From assembly GCF_006345805.1 (NCBI RefSeq), contig NC_043007.1, forward strand, positions 65,286,001-65,350,000: a stretch of 64,000 nt of DNA. The letters run 5' to 3'. The position numbers and the translations under genes are program-made. Shown here one piece after another: positions 24,881 through 38,327 of the stretch. The notes below the pieces were generated by a model. That model was given only the letters and a program-made list of their open reading frames with translations. It did not search any database and had not been told where the DNA came from. Position 1 is the stretch's first letter. Every line of letters begins with the position of its first letter. This DNA is from Octopus sinensis (taxonomy: Eukaryota).

Positions 24881-25030
24881 CAATATTGTTTTTTTTTTGT
24901 TTGTTTGTTTTTTCGCTTTCATTCGTCTTACATTTCAACTTCTGAAGAAGAGCTCATGCGTAAAACGCAAAAACACCTATTTCTATTAATGTGAAACTAA
25001 TAACGAAAATTTTTGTTTATCTTGCCTTTC
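24880..25030 (+). mobile_element. PLE terminal-repeat fragment with degenerate hammerhead (24938-24972)
   Basis: CUGAAGA-A-GAGC-UCAU-GCGU-AAAA-CGCA. Confidence 0.5.
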
Positions 25031-25044
25031 GTGTTCTTGTTTGC

Positions 25045-25102
25045 TTTTCTCTCTCTCACTCTTGCTCTCTTTCTCTCTCTCGTTTGATAAATACATACAC
25101 AC

Positions 25103-25133
<31 letters not shown>

Positions 25134-25223
25134 CATTCATTCATACATACATACATACATACATACATACATACATACATACATACATACATACATACAT
25201 GCATACATACATACATACATACA

Positions 25224-25254
<31 letters not shown>

Positions 25255-25295
25255 GTATATATATATACATACGCACACATACGTATGTATATATA
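25045..25295. repeat. (CT)n and (CATA)n microsatellites
   Basis: Seen directly. Confidence 0.95.
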
Positions 25296-26802
25296 GACAC
25301 TCTAACGACTCTGCTAATTGATAGTCACGTTAGAGCATTGGATTGATTGCTTTGCAATAATTTTTCCTGTTCTGTACGCTCTGAGTTCAAACTTTGCCTG
25401 TCATCATTTTAGGTCAGAAAAATAAAATACCAGTTCTGCACTGGGGTTCATACTTCCCTTTCTCTTACTCTTACATATTATGCACAAAAAAACCCACTTG
25501 TAGGCACTGCATACTTATGACGAACATTATTTATTAGCATTACAAGAGAAAAATTCAAAACCCAAGCGAAATATTGTACGAGCCCGAAGTACTGCGCTCA
25601 GTTGTGCAGAGAAGAAGATGATGACGACGATGACGATGACAACGACGACGACGATGATGACGTAGTTTTTCTTTGTTTGGCATTGAAAGGAGTAAGGCTG
25701 GAAGACAAGAGAATGAATGTATAAATGATAAGAAATTTTAAAATGCATGAACGAAAATAAAGATTGAAAGATAGGGAAGAACGAAAGAGGAGAGGCTAAT
25801 TCCAAACTAGTCAATTACATTTTTTTGGTTTATTGTTCATTGCTAAACTTAAAGAGAGCTTTTACAGTGTAGAAGCTCTCTAATCTGAATAAAAGATAAA
25901 AGTGACATATAATCATCATATTGGTAACATTTCAGAAATTTGCAAGTGCGGAAAAATATATCCCCCCACTCTGTCATCACTAACATCAACCTCACAATAA
26001 CAACTTCAAGTAATAACATTAAAAATTGCCACTACCATTACCAGCTTCTCAAGATGAAATATTAAAAGCTAGCGTCTTCAATGATTCTAACACTGCAATT
26101 TGTCTTAAGTTAAGGCAGCTGTTTCTGTTGCTGCTGCTATTATTGTTGTTATTATTGCAGCTGTTTCCTTTGCAACGCTTCTTCCTTCTCTTCCCTCTTC
26201 TTGTCTGAGCTATGAAATTATACACAATATTTGCTACCTTCAGTTACAAGCTGCAGCACACAATGCAATATCTATTTTAACCTGGAAGGGAAAACAAATA
26301 GAGGCTTGGTATCTTTAAACCTTTGGCAGTCTTCACACTATTTCTCCTAATACTCGTTGTTACGGAAAGATATAGCAGGACTAGTTAGATTAGATTTTTA
26401 ACACAGTACGTAAATACACATATCGAAATACTGCAAAGGAACAGTTTCTGGCACTCCACCGATTCTACCATCGAACAAATAATATCATAGTCGTATAGGG
26501 TCAACAGAAGCAGTATGGCAGTAGACGGCAGCCTAAGATCCCTGGGGACGAGTCCAGCCCACCAGCGAAAATTTTCCGGTATACAATCTCCAAAGAAAAT
26601 GATGTCTAACTAGTTAGTGGTGTCTAGAAATGAATATGTTGGTTGATTTCCAGTGTGTTATTTTGCTGACCGGTAATGCATTAATTAAAATATTACACAA
26701 TTACGTAGTTATTACTATTCTCTGTATATTCTTTTTATGATGTACTATTCAAATAATTTACTGTTAGATTCAAATAATATTCTTTTCTACTCTATGCACA
26801 AG

Positions 26803-26918
26803 GCTCTAAATTTTGGGGGAGGGGGCCAGTCGATTAGATGGACCCCAGTACGCAACTGGTACTTAATTTATCGACCCCGAAAGGATAAAAGGCAAAGTCA
26901 ACCCCGGCAGAAGATTTA
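26803..26918 (-). mobile_element. SINE family B, 3' two-thirds
   Basis: tggtacttaatttatcgaccccgaaaggataaaaggcaaagtc. Confidence 0.85.
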
Positions 26919-26940
26919 ACTAATATTTCAATATTCCGTC

Positions 26941-27139
26941 GGGGGCGGGCTGGCAGAATCGTTTGCACACATGGCAAAACGCTTAGCGGTATTTCGTCCG
27001 TCTTAACGCCGCCGGGGTCGACTTTGCCTTTCATTCTTTCGGATCGATAAAACAAATACTAGTTGAGTACTGAGGTCGATGTAATTGATTAGTCCCTTCC
27101 CCCTGTACTTGCTGGCCTTGTGCCAAAATTTGAAACCAA
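26941..27139 (+). mobile_element. SINE family B
   Basis: Head, core and tail colinear with 23044-23256. Confidence 0.88.
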
Positions 27140-28637
27140 TATTTCAGTATTCCGTACTGTGTAAGAAAATCTGGAAGATTCTACATTTACGTGGCTGAAT
27201 CATTTAAGAAAAGCCACTTAATGTCTAAGGTATTCTCTGGAAACAATAAGTCAACGCAAACAAGTTGTTAAATAACTCTAAATAAATGACACGTGCAATC
27301 ATTCGCGAGCGCGGACACATACACAAGGATTCTACATATGAGAGGAGACTTAAAAAATTATACTTTTTAAAAGCATTAAGTTTTTCAACAGGTTTATCAA
27401 TATTTTTCAAGCAAATTATGTATGAAGCAAATTTGAAAATAAGACAAAAAATTTTAACGATTTTACATTATTTCAAAAACTCATTGTTTATAATTTTTAA
27501 TATGTAAGATTTCAAAATATTTTAGGATGAATTATATCGCTAACATATTTGTAACTACACAACATTTATCGATAAAATAAACTCACTAAATATTTCTAGA
27601 GTAATCTAAAACTGTGTCGTCACAAAAACTGGACTTAAAGAAAACTGAAGTATTAGAAATTTCATATAGAATTATTCTATTTTTGTTTCTGATATGGTAA
27701 ACAATTTAATTTCGTTGAAGTTGAGCAACGTTGAACAAACCGTAAAAGTAAAATATAGTTATGACTATAATTACAGTGGAGTACACGTATACGAACGGTT
27801 CCATAAACGAACAAAGTGAATAACGAACAGCTTTTCTGAATATTAAGCTTGCATGACGATTCACGCATATAAGTGACTAGGAGAGAGTATTCGAATCATG
27901 CACTAAATGAGTAAATTGTATATCAAACAGCTTTTCTGGAGAAAATTGTATTTAATCAACGAGTTAAACTTTGAACAAGGAACGAGTAGAGTACATGCGC
28001 ATATAAGTGACAGGGAGAGCATATATATATGGTTCCTTAATATTCATGTCCGCACTTGATGTAGCTTACAAATTTTCATATTTTATATACAAAATATTAA
28101 TATCTCTATTCTTTTTGTTTTTTGCTAAAAAGCGTAACCCTGGGTCGATAGTGAGTGAGAAAATCAAGTACCACAAAGACTAAGGAAATAGTATATAAGC
28201 ATGTAAATGGAGCAAGTGCTAGCAATCTTTTTCCACCTCTTCTCTTTAATAATCTCCTCTCTCTTTTTCTGCCTAATCACGGCATGTTGACCAATCTGTC
28301 ACACTAAGTTGCCTGTAAATTTTATTTACAGGTATTTTGTACATTGTTTCTGTATTTATTTATTTGTTCTTTATGCATTTGTTCGTTCCCTTGGCATTCC
28401 TTTTTCTATGTTGGCATAGGCTTAGATGGATATTTTCATTGGTAGAGGAATTCTACTGCGAGATCGTCTTTTCGTCACAAACCTCAACCTGTTTTCAAGT
28501 AAGGGATACCATTTTTACTACCGAACAACGAAGGATATCCCATCATGGATAACTAGATACAAGTTGACGCTAACAGCTTATTTACAATTAGCGTAAACAT
28601 GTCAAACCAAAGGGAAAACATACATGCATACACACAC

Positions 28638-28683
<46 letters not shown>

Positions 28684-28835
28684 TATGTGAAATAGAAAGA
28701 TGAATAATCTTGTAGCAGATTAATCAAAAGTTTAACCGATACATTGGTAGCAAAAATCACAGCAGAAGACAGCACGGTTGGAGGTACAACCATATGGTGT
28801 TGCAACCGTGCGTTGGTGCGGATAATTGAATTTTA

Positions 28836-29085
28836 ATATTATTGGTGAATTGAAGAAATGGAGCTGAACGAAGATTGAACAGAAATCGTTTTATTTCATT
28901 CTACACGTGTTTCGAAAGGCACAATTTACCAAAATCCGATTGAATTATGAGAGAAAGACATAATATGGTCTCATTATTCAATCGGATTTTGGTAAATTGT
29001 GCCTTTCGAAACACGTGTAGAATGAAATAAAACGATTTCTGTTCAATCTTCGTTCAGCTCCATTTCTTCAATTCACCAATAATAT
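28836..29085. repeat. Perfect 110-bp inverted repeat with 30-bp spacer, PLE-type terminus
   Basis: 28836-28945 is the exact reverse complement of 28976-29085; each arm contains GAAA-CACGTGTA-GAATG. Confidence 0.95.
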
Positions 29086-29240
<155 letters not shown>

Positions 29241-29387
29241 TATATTTATGAATTTGCTATTTATAGAGGCAAACAATAACATTGTTTCCTGCTTTTATGT
29301 GGAATTTGGGCGTGGCTTGGAACGGATTACCCCTACTTTTATGAATATCAGTTATTCATGTAATGAACAGTATGTGATGCTAAATGC

Positions 29388-29465
29388 TAAGGCCGCAGAA
29401 CAGGCAGAATCGTTACCACATTGGGCAAGATGCATAACGGCATTTCGTTTGTCTTTGCGTGAATA
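29388..29465 (+). mobile_element. SINE family B, 5' fragment
   Basis: ggcagaatcgtta.cacattgggcaa.atgc.taacggcatttcgt. Confidence 0.6.
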
Positions 29466-29489
29466 AATTTTGCAATAAAGTTTCAGTTA

Positions 29490-29562
29490 TTATATATATT
29501 TCTCTGTCTGTCTGTCTGTCTCTCTCTCTCTGTCTTTCTCTCTCTCTGTCTCTGTCTGTCTG

Positions 29563-29596
<34 letters not shown>

Positions 29597-29745
29597 ACTA
29601 TATATATAAATTATTTCGTTCATAGCTTGCCCAAGATTTATTCCTTAAATCAAAGTGAATGTAATTTTGGATAAAATGGGATAAAAGCATTGTCTTATAG
29701 TGACTCTGTGTGTGTGTGTATGTGTGTGTGTGTGTATGTGTGAGT

Positions 29746-29800
<55 letters not shown>
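29490..29800. repeat. (CT)n and (TG)n microsatellites
   Basis: Seen directly at 29490-29605 and 29700-29800. Confidence 0.9.
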
Positions 29801-29801
<1 letters not shown>

Positions 29802-31681
29802 ATCATGAACTAGCACTGAGTGGCGTAATATCTTTTAAGGGTGAATGAATGCAATAAAACGCCGTAACTGCCTTCAGTAGTCAAGTAAGTCAGCTCAGGG
29901 AATCTAATTTGAGTTTGCAAGCGGTGATCTAGGCGAACATAAATACGACGTAGTGATGGGATACAAACCAGCGACCTTTCCCCAGATAATTAAGTAACCT
30001 TTTGACACCTCTCATCTTCAATGACCGCTAGCATTCGCAACTATAAGCTTTTTCTTTTGTACATCACAGTTTTGAACCATTGTAAATTATTAGTTGATAT
30101 TGCTAGGGATTTGAGAAATCCATTCATCCAATGTATTTCCTAGTGATGTAAAGGTAATAATTAGCAAGATTCGGGGTTAATCTACGCTTTATCAATATTC
30201 TAATTTCTTTATTATGTAATTTTTTTTTGTACAAATTAATGAATCTTCATAGAAACATTACTTCTTTATGTTAAAGATTTTGGTCAAGCTTTCGATTTCG
30301 TTCTATCGTTAAGTTCGTTTAAAATGTAACATGCAACTTGTGTCATTATGTCAAAGATTTAGAACAGCTTGGGAGACATGTGATAAACTTTTATTTGAGA
30401 TGATTTTTTTTTATTTTTGAAATTTGAATATTGAATATATTTCCATAATTCAGTAGTAATTGATTTTATAGCTTTCTCTCTTCCTCACACACATACACAT
30501 ATATTCACACATGTAAATCCATACATGAATTTATTGACATCTGAATGACAAAAGCCGATGGCTGCTCTGAAGAGCGAAATGAAGAGAGAGAAATGAGGAA
30601 GACAAGCGGTTGCCAGCCAGACGTGAAATAGAATAATGATGGAAAATTTATATATAATATATCTAAGATATGCAATATATCAAAGCCTAAGTACAACTTG
30701 GAATTTCTTTCGAAATAAATGGCGTTAATTGCAAACACACACTGCGAGACATTGCACTAAATACATTCTTGTGATAGATACTGATACAGAAATAAAAAAT
30801 TGTATTATATGTTACATATATTGTTTATAAATCTATCCTATCTTTAAAAGTGAATTGTCCAGTTTTCTTTATTGAAATAATGCTCCATTATCTCAAAACA
30901 AACCTGATTTCCAACACACGCAAACATATACATGTACGCACACACATAAACCTACAAAATCGCAGGCGAATATACACGTTGGAATATGGGTGATACGCTG
31001 ATAATTTATTCAGTATTTTATGATTATCAGTAAGAAACAGCCTGTCTTCTATATTAATGTGTTCTTTCTACGTAAAACTTTGAATTATGATGACAACCAC
31101 TTAAGTGTCTGAATAGTTTGTGTCCAGACATGCACCATACAGTCAGAATCCGCTGTATTTATATATATCAAGCAATGTGCTCTGTAGACATTCCTAAAAG
31201 AAAAACACGTCCTCCTAGCATTCCAAGGAGAAGCTCCCTGTTAGCCGTGAGCCAACCATTCAGGATTGCTGAAGATAACATATCCATCAAGCAACAATAA
31301 GAATTGTTTCAGTACCACAAAATAGCAATCGGTATTCTCAAAAAGGTAGAAACACGGAAATTTAATGGCAAAATCTCGAGTTTAGAATGACAAATCTTCA
31401 AGTGAAAACTATCTCCCTGTTGATATAATTAAGCACTATGATGACACTATTTTGAATCAAATTCAAGATCTCTTAACGCAAGTATTACAGACGGAAACGA
31501 CAAAATGTAAGAATATTCTGGTGGTAACGTATATGAATGTCAGCACAACACCGTGGTATTCAGGAACTACCAAGGGTTGTAATTTATACCAATCAAGATT
31601 TTCAACAAAGTACCTAAATACTGCAATTTTATCTCTTGGATACAAGATTTACGCTTTATCTCTCCCTCTGCCTCTTTCTCT

Positions 31682-31857
31682 CTCACTTTATTCTTTTATT
31701 CTTTTACTCGTTTCAGTCATTTGATTGCGGCTATGCAGGAGCACCGCCTGGAAGGGTTTTAGTTAAACAAATTGACGGCAGGACTTATTTTGTTAAAGCT
31801 TAGTACTTATACTATTGGTATAAGTACCAACCGCTTAGTTACGGGGACGTAAACACA

Positions 31858-31935
<78 letters not shown>

Positions 31936-32188
31936 AAAAAAGGAGATGTCGAACACGAGTGGTGATATATAAAAAAGGAAATGAAGAAAATGCTGACAAA
32001 TAATTGAAGTAATTTAAGTAATTTAATTAGGTGAAAGTTCTTTTTACCGGTTGCGCATTTGTTATGCTTATCAAAAATCTCTCTTTTATATTTTGATAAG
32101 CATAACAAATGCGCAACCGGTAAAAAGAACTTTCACCTAATTAAATTACTTAAATTACTTCAATTATTTGTCAGCATTTTCTTCATTT

Positions 32189-32234
<46 letters not shown>

Positions 32235-32390
32235 GACGAGCTTCTTTCAGTTTCCGTCTACCAAATTTACTCACAAGGCTTTGGTCGGCCCGAGGCTATA
32301 GTAGAAACACTTGCCCAAGTGCCAAGCAGTTGGACTGAACCCGGAACCATGTAGTCAGGAAGCAAGCTTCTAATCACACAGCCACGCCTG
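31682..32390 (-). mobile_element. SINE family A split by an insertion: 3' half 31682-31860, 5' half 32231-32390
   Basis: Both halves are colinear with family A; the internal (TA)n holds the 31965-32202 palindrome. Confidence 0.88.
31965..32202. repeat. Perfect 112-bp inverted repeat with 14-bp spacer
   Basis: 31965-32076 is the exact reverse complement of 32091-32202. Confidence 0.95.
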
Positions 32391-32500
<110 letters not shown>

Positions 32501-32589
32501 TTATATTTATATTTATATTTATATATATATGAAACTGGGTTGGCGGAGACTGTAGAGAAGCCGATCAAGTGGTTTATACATTTAATTCA

Positions 32590-32745
32590 AAAGGTACAGC
32601 GTTGTCACATTGATTCCGCTTGAGAATTATGCTGAGGGGTCATGTGACTGTGGAATGCTCAGTTACTTACACGTTACAGGAGCAGGAGCAGGTAAATTAG
32701 TTGATCAAACAACCGAATCATCACCGTCGAAATCGGAGACCCCAT
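32590..32745 (+). mobile_element. SINE family C, degenerate 3' fragment
   Basis: ttgtcacatt...tgtgga.tgctcag..acttacacgtta matches 10860-10950. Confidence 0.6.
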
Positions 32746-34019
32746 CACCACCAGGAATAATCAGAACATCTTGACCATGAAAACTACTGCTTCTCGCGCT
32801 CTTGTTCGGTGTATTCTTTTCTCTAAGGGACCGAAGGCTGAACCAGTTACAACTGTGACATACGTTTACATGCTGAATTTCTTACCATACTTCATTAGTA
32901 AGGTCTTATATAGTAATAAACACGAAATTCTGTCTGTCCAGGATCCCTACATTTGTTCTACATAGACATATTATACCTTTTTGGAATCAGGATGATCGAT
33001 CCCGGGATTGAACATTTGCCCTTCATTTGGTTCTTGAACATCCAGCATCAGAATCTAATTTAAAAGCATTTGGGTCGTTATTTCTAGCAGGTAAAGCTTG
33101 ACTGATTCACGCCACCTCAGCTGGCGTTTTTCAGATGACGTCACAGATCAAGGGAGAGATAAATGACATTCGCTTCGTTAATTTTACGTCGAGATAAGAA
33201 TTTTGAGACAAATTGGCCATCAGTTGGAATTGAACTTGGGACTGGAACAATAGAATGAATGCATTACAGAATTAATCCTCATCCGTCCTTAACCTCTGAT
33301 CAAACACCGCCGTGGAAATTAGTCATTATAGACGTATTACAGTCGTGCTATTTAGTTCTCCTTAGTTTTGAACCTCAGAACCAATTAGCCCTCTACAGGA
33401 GCTAGCTCAAAGGTCAGCACAGAGTGTGGCTTTTAAGCTGGAACATAATAAGGACAAAACAAATTGCATTTTGTGAGAAATACTGAAAAGACGCCCCAGC
33501 GAATATGGGTTGCTTCCTAAATGCTAGTTTCAGTGACTACTTGAAGAATCCAAATGGACTGTTCTATCGTGATTAGCGTCTAGACTACCGATTTAGATTC
33601 CCTGTTGCAGAAAACAAAGCCATTGTGTATTCTATAGGAATGTTGTGTATATCGGAGTGACACGGTTCAGGAAACATCATCGAGACACCGTCTTATATGG
33701 ACGACAGATTGCTGTTCTACTAAAATAGATTTTTATATTGTTGGTAATTCGAGAATACTTGTTGGCCGTAACCTATCCGAGCCACCTCTCCATTACAAAA
33801 TTAAATTGAATAAAATAATAAATAAATGAGATAATAAATAATTACAACAATAAAAAAATTCCTGCGCCAGCTGTCACTGTTAAGGTTGATTTGAAGTCCA
33901 TCATATAATATTCCACTCGTATCGACGTGTGTTCGAGTTTTACACCTTACTGTGAAAGTAACTCGAAGGCATAATCGAAATTTTTAACATAATGATTTCA
34001 GGAAAGCTATTCTGAAAGA

Positions 34020-34375
34020 AAGGGGCTAAACGATACAATCGACTCCGAAGATTGGTATTTTATTTTCTCGACCACTGAGGAATACAAGGTAAAGTTGACC
34101 ATAGCAGGGTTCGAACTCAGAACGTTAAGTGCCAGAAGAAATACAGCAAATTACTTTTTCCGATCTTCTAACGATTCTGCCAGCTCACTGCCTTTGATTG
34201 ATTTTGCTTTGACACATTGGAATTGATAGTATCAATCGCCGCATTTGACCGGTACATTATTTTATCGAGCTAAATGGCAAAGTTGATACCTGTGGGATTT
34301 GAACTGGTAAGTATTAGAACAAATACTGCAATGCATTTTTTACCGACGCTTTAACGATTCTACCAGTTTGCACCC
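34020..34375 (-). mobile_element. Two degenerate SINE family B copies (34020-34190, 34225-34375)
   Basis: aaagttgacc...gaactcagaacg...taacgattctgccag motifs. Confidence 0.65.
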
Positions 34376-34854
34376 TCGAAATCTTTAACACAAGTGTTGT
34401 GCTTTGGTCAACCTTAACTATGGAATGAATTCGAAGAGTGTTCAACACAAGCAAACAATGTGATGCAAATCTATAAATTTATGCATCAAAATAAATATAA
34501 GAATAAATAAAAAGTGGATTTGCACAGGTTTCGCTAGTCATTTATAATTATGTTACTGAGCAGAATGTTAAAGTATGCGTGAACGCCAGTCCACATTTAT
34601 TATACATATTTATGGTATGTCATGCTGTACTTCTCTAGTTTTAAAATAGTAGACTTGCAGATGGTGATAGAGAAAGTTGGTGATAGAGAAAGTTGGACGG
34701 TTGATAGCTTGCGACATGGAAGGAAGGAGAGAAATAGATATTCAGCATCATTGAATGAGAAAGAAATGGAGAGAAGCTATTAATAAGAAAACGATAAGAA
34801 TATTTTGTAAATAAATTTTTTTTACCTCGATTTTCATTCAGTTTCATTCCCATT

Positions 34855-35120
34855 AGTCACCTGCTGTCTCTGCTCATATTTGTCACATCCTGTCCTCTGT
34901 ATTGATATTAGCCCCCTTCTATACTCTTTAATCATTATTGGCTATCTGCTGTCCCCTTCAATCACGTTGGTTACCAGCTTTCTCCTTTATATTGTTCACC
35001 TGCTGTCCTCTTTATTGATAACGAACACTTGCTGTCTCCTTCGTTCATATTGGTCACTTTCTGTTCCCTTTAATCATATCGCTTATCTACTGACCTCTTT
35101 ATATTATCTGCTGTTCTGTT
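34855..35120. repeat. Degenerate ~30-bp minisatellite
   Basis: Recurrent tcacctgctgtcc..t...attg units. Confidence 0.6.
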
Positions 35121-35269
35121 TATACATCTACAATGTAAGATGTTCCAGTCGTGACCATTCCGTTTAATTCTTCAAACACAGTTTATCTAGATTTATATTA
35201 TCCAATGCATCCTTCCTTTTCTTTTAAACGATAGGCTATGATCTGAGGGAAATTTGGCCGCTATTTCTA

Positions 35270-35837
35270 GTTCATCTTTGATGTTACAAGGAGCTTTGTT
35301 GGTTTCTCGCTCAACTGCGCCCCACACATAATAATCAACGAGAGACAGTCTGGGGAGTTAGGAGGCCAGATGTTAGGGGTGATGTGATCGCAGAAATTAT
35401 CTGACAGCCATGATTGAGTTCTGCTTGTGTAGTATGGTGCAGAGTCCTGTTGCCATGTATAGGGTCTTCCAGCAGCCACCCTCTTGACCCAGGGCAGCAC
35501 TACCTCCTCCAGGCACTAAATGTAGCCGTCTGTGTTGAGTCTGAGGCCATCACTAGTGATCACTCCAAACACCATGATGTTGACTGGAAGTTCGATTTTT
35601 ATCACTCCCGGTACATGTTTTGGTGACACGGCACCATCTGTTCGCATTGGAGCTTCCAGTGCAAATGCCAAGCAGTCAGCATGCCGTTTCCAAATTTCTG
35701 GCAGAGTGATGCTATTTTTCTCACAGACGGTGCCCAACTGACCCTACTATACTGTGTAGTCGACAAAATCAAAAACAAACAATGCGCATGCACGAAATTT
35801 AAAATATAAATGGCGACAATTTACCCATCGCACCCAG
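35270..35837 (-). mobile_element. Tc1/mariner-superfamily relic (maT/DD37D-like), internally deleted
   Basis: Minus: TA then CTGGGTGCGATGGGTAAATTGTCGCC (TIR-like); IMVFGVITSDG, YTWQQDSAP, IWPPNSPD. Confidence 0.82.
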
Positions 35838-37254
35838 TATATTGACCAGTTATGGATAAACTGCGGTTCGCGAAACTTTTTGGGATGGCGCGCTTAACGA
35901 AAATCTTCCTTGAAATATTTTAGTAGTGTGGCCCACCTGATGATAATCCATATCTCATGCGGCCTACGTCTAAAACAAAAGTTGCCCTTTCCTGATATAG
36001 AGACTCCATCATTGACGAATTTTATTCCCAGAAAGCTCTAGTAATCATGGTATGTCTCCCATGATACGAACCTCCAAGTTCAACGTACGGTTCTTTGGAG
36101 AGTGGACAACAGCCGGTTACTTCCTCTCTGGGTCATATAAATTTTCGAGTAGGTGACATCTAAAACAAAATGAAAATCAAAAGATGCTATAATAATTCAC
36201 TATTGGTCCTTAGATTATCATTGAACGTTTGGTCTCTGAGCGATGAATCACAGAAGCAATTCCTCTCCATACTATTGACTGCAACCACAAACTGCAATGC
36301 AGTCGAATAATTTTGTAATGCTCGCTCTGCAGCATTACCATTATTTTTAATGTATCGTCTAGAAAAAACTAATTTTTTATTGTTTTTTTTATCTTTTTAC
36401 CTTTTTCTATTTGAAATTTGTATTTTTTTACGCTTTGGTAGGTGTTGTGATTAGGAAAAATGCTAATATTTAGATTATTATTAATGTTGCTGTTTAGCGT
36501 AGTATCAAGATAGGAGTTATGGATGAGCTTGACGTTACGTTTAAGATTACGGTTTTGTCTATGGTTAGAATTCATGCCAAATGTTGGTTGAAGGATACGA
36601 TTTTAGTTAAATTTAAAATCACAAGTCATTAGGGCTAGGTTTAAGATTAGGGTTTTTATTGTGGTTCAAATTCATCTCAAGTGTTTCTATATTTTTACTC
36701 GATTTCTGTTTAAGAGATGTTAAGGTTATGTTTTAAATTGGTTCTGGTATGGGATTTTGTTCGAGTTAAGGCTTGGGTTATGTTTAATTTAGGAACTGAT
36801 ACAGGATAAGAATTAATAGTTAACATTAGCGGTGATACATTTTATAGTTTGGCTTTATAAAGTTAACGTTTGGTTTGGTATCAATAAAATAGTTGCTAGT
36901 AGTCTTTTATATATACAATTTTAGGTATAGAATTGTGTTTGAGGTTAAGGTTAATGATTGGATCGGTGATAGTATCTTTGTGATGCAGTGTTTAGTGATA
37001 AGAGCAACGTCGAATTTTAGTTAAAATTTATTGTAATATTTCATTATCTGCAATAGAGCTGGTGGGTTAGACTAAAATTTGTTAGACTTTAGTACGGGGT
37101 AAGTAATTGGTTTAGCTCAATTAGGTTTAGTCATAGTTTGGCTAAAATTTATGTAAAGGTTTTGGTTCAAAATTGATTAATAGAAATCTAATAGGTGCAC
37201 TGCACTTATGGACAAAAATTACAATAATGATTTTTTTTTTACGTAAGTACAAAA

Positions 37255-37345
37255 TTGTTAGGGGAGGGTGTAGTCAAATTAACTGACACCAGTGTATTAC
37301 TGGGACGTATTTCGTTGATCTTGGAGAAAGGCAAATTCGACGCTG
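37255..37345 (-). mobile_element. SINE family B, degenerate fragment
   Basis: gaaaggcaaattcgac...ttgaactcagga. Confidence 0.5.
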
Positions 37346-37905
37346 GAGCATCTTGAACTCAGGACATTAAAATAATGTAGTTAAACACCACAAGTCATTA
37401 TAAGGCACACAACTATCTGTAACCTTCTATTCTTTCCCCTCTACATTTATAATGTAATAATTACTTCTTTTCACCAAATATACAGTTAAAATGTATCGGG
37501 AATATGTACGCAACCGATTAAATCGATTTTTTAGTTACAAAGCTTGCACTTATTCTACCGTCACTGGAGATAAAAGTCCCTCTCTTATTACAGATCGATA
37601 TTGATTGCTGTGGCTTTGATCCAGTGTCCGTCCACGTACACAACGGAGAAGAAGAAAAAGAGGGAAAAAGGAAGAGGTAAAACAAGAAAACATCGATTTT
37701 AATTTCATGATGATCATCTTTAGAATAGCTTTATATTCACTCAATCACTCATTCACTCAGTCTAGTTCCCCCTTCTCTGAGTCATTCACTCATTCGCTTA
37801 CTCACCATAACATTTGAAAAGAGAAATGGTGCATGATATCTGCTCACAATTGTTTCTAGCATCTCTAAAACTTAGCAGCAGCAGCAGCAGCAGCAACAGC
37901 AACAA

Positions 37906-38097
37906 CAACAACAGCAACAACAACAATGATTTCTGAATTAAGCACAAGATAGGCAGTTTTATGGCGCGAGGTTAGTCTGACAGGCACATTATTTAGTAAC
38001 CAACAGCAACAACAGCAACAACAACAATGATTTCTGAATTAAGCACAAGATAGGCAGTTTTATGGCGCGAGGTTAGTCTGACAGGCACATTATTTAG
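37906..38097. repeat. Direct tandem duplication, period 101 bp
   Basis: caacaatgatttctgaattaagcacaagataggcag...cattatttag occurs twice, identically. Confidence 0.95.
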
Positions 38098-38109
38098 GAA
38101 CCAATTCCT

Positions 38110-38305
38110 AAAGAAGGGATGGCAAAGTTGACCTCGGCGGAATTTGAACACAGAATGTAAAGAGCTGGAATAAATACCGGGAAGCATTTCTTCCGACTCT
38201 CAAATGATTTTGTCAATCCAGAAACCCTTATTGTTTCAGATTTAGGCAAAAACTAAGCGCGGATCTCAGTACATGACGCTTCAAAGATTCTGCTAGCTCG
38301 CACCT
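38110..38305 (-). mobile_element. SINE family B fragments
   Basis: ggcaaagttgacctcggcggaatttgaac.cagaa; aagattctgctagctcgc. Confidence 0.65.
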
Positions 38306-38327
38306 TGACAACAACAACAACAACAGT

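Noticed and set aside
27820-28022. Repeated cgcatataagtgac and aacagcttttctg motifs as a promoter
   Set aside because: Two short imperfect repeats with no associated gene; not enough evidence to call regulatory.
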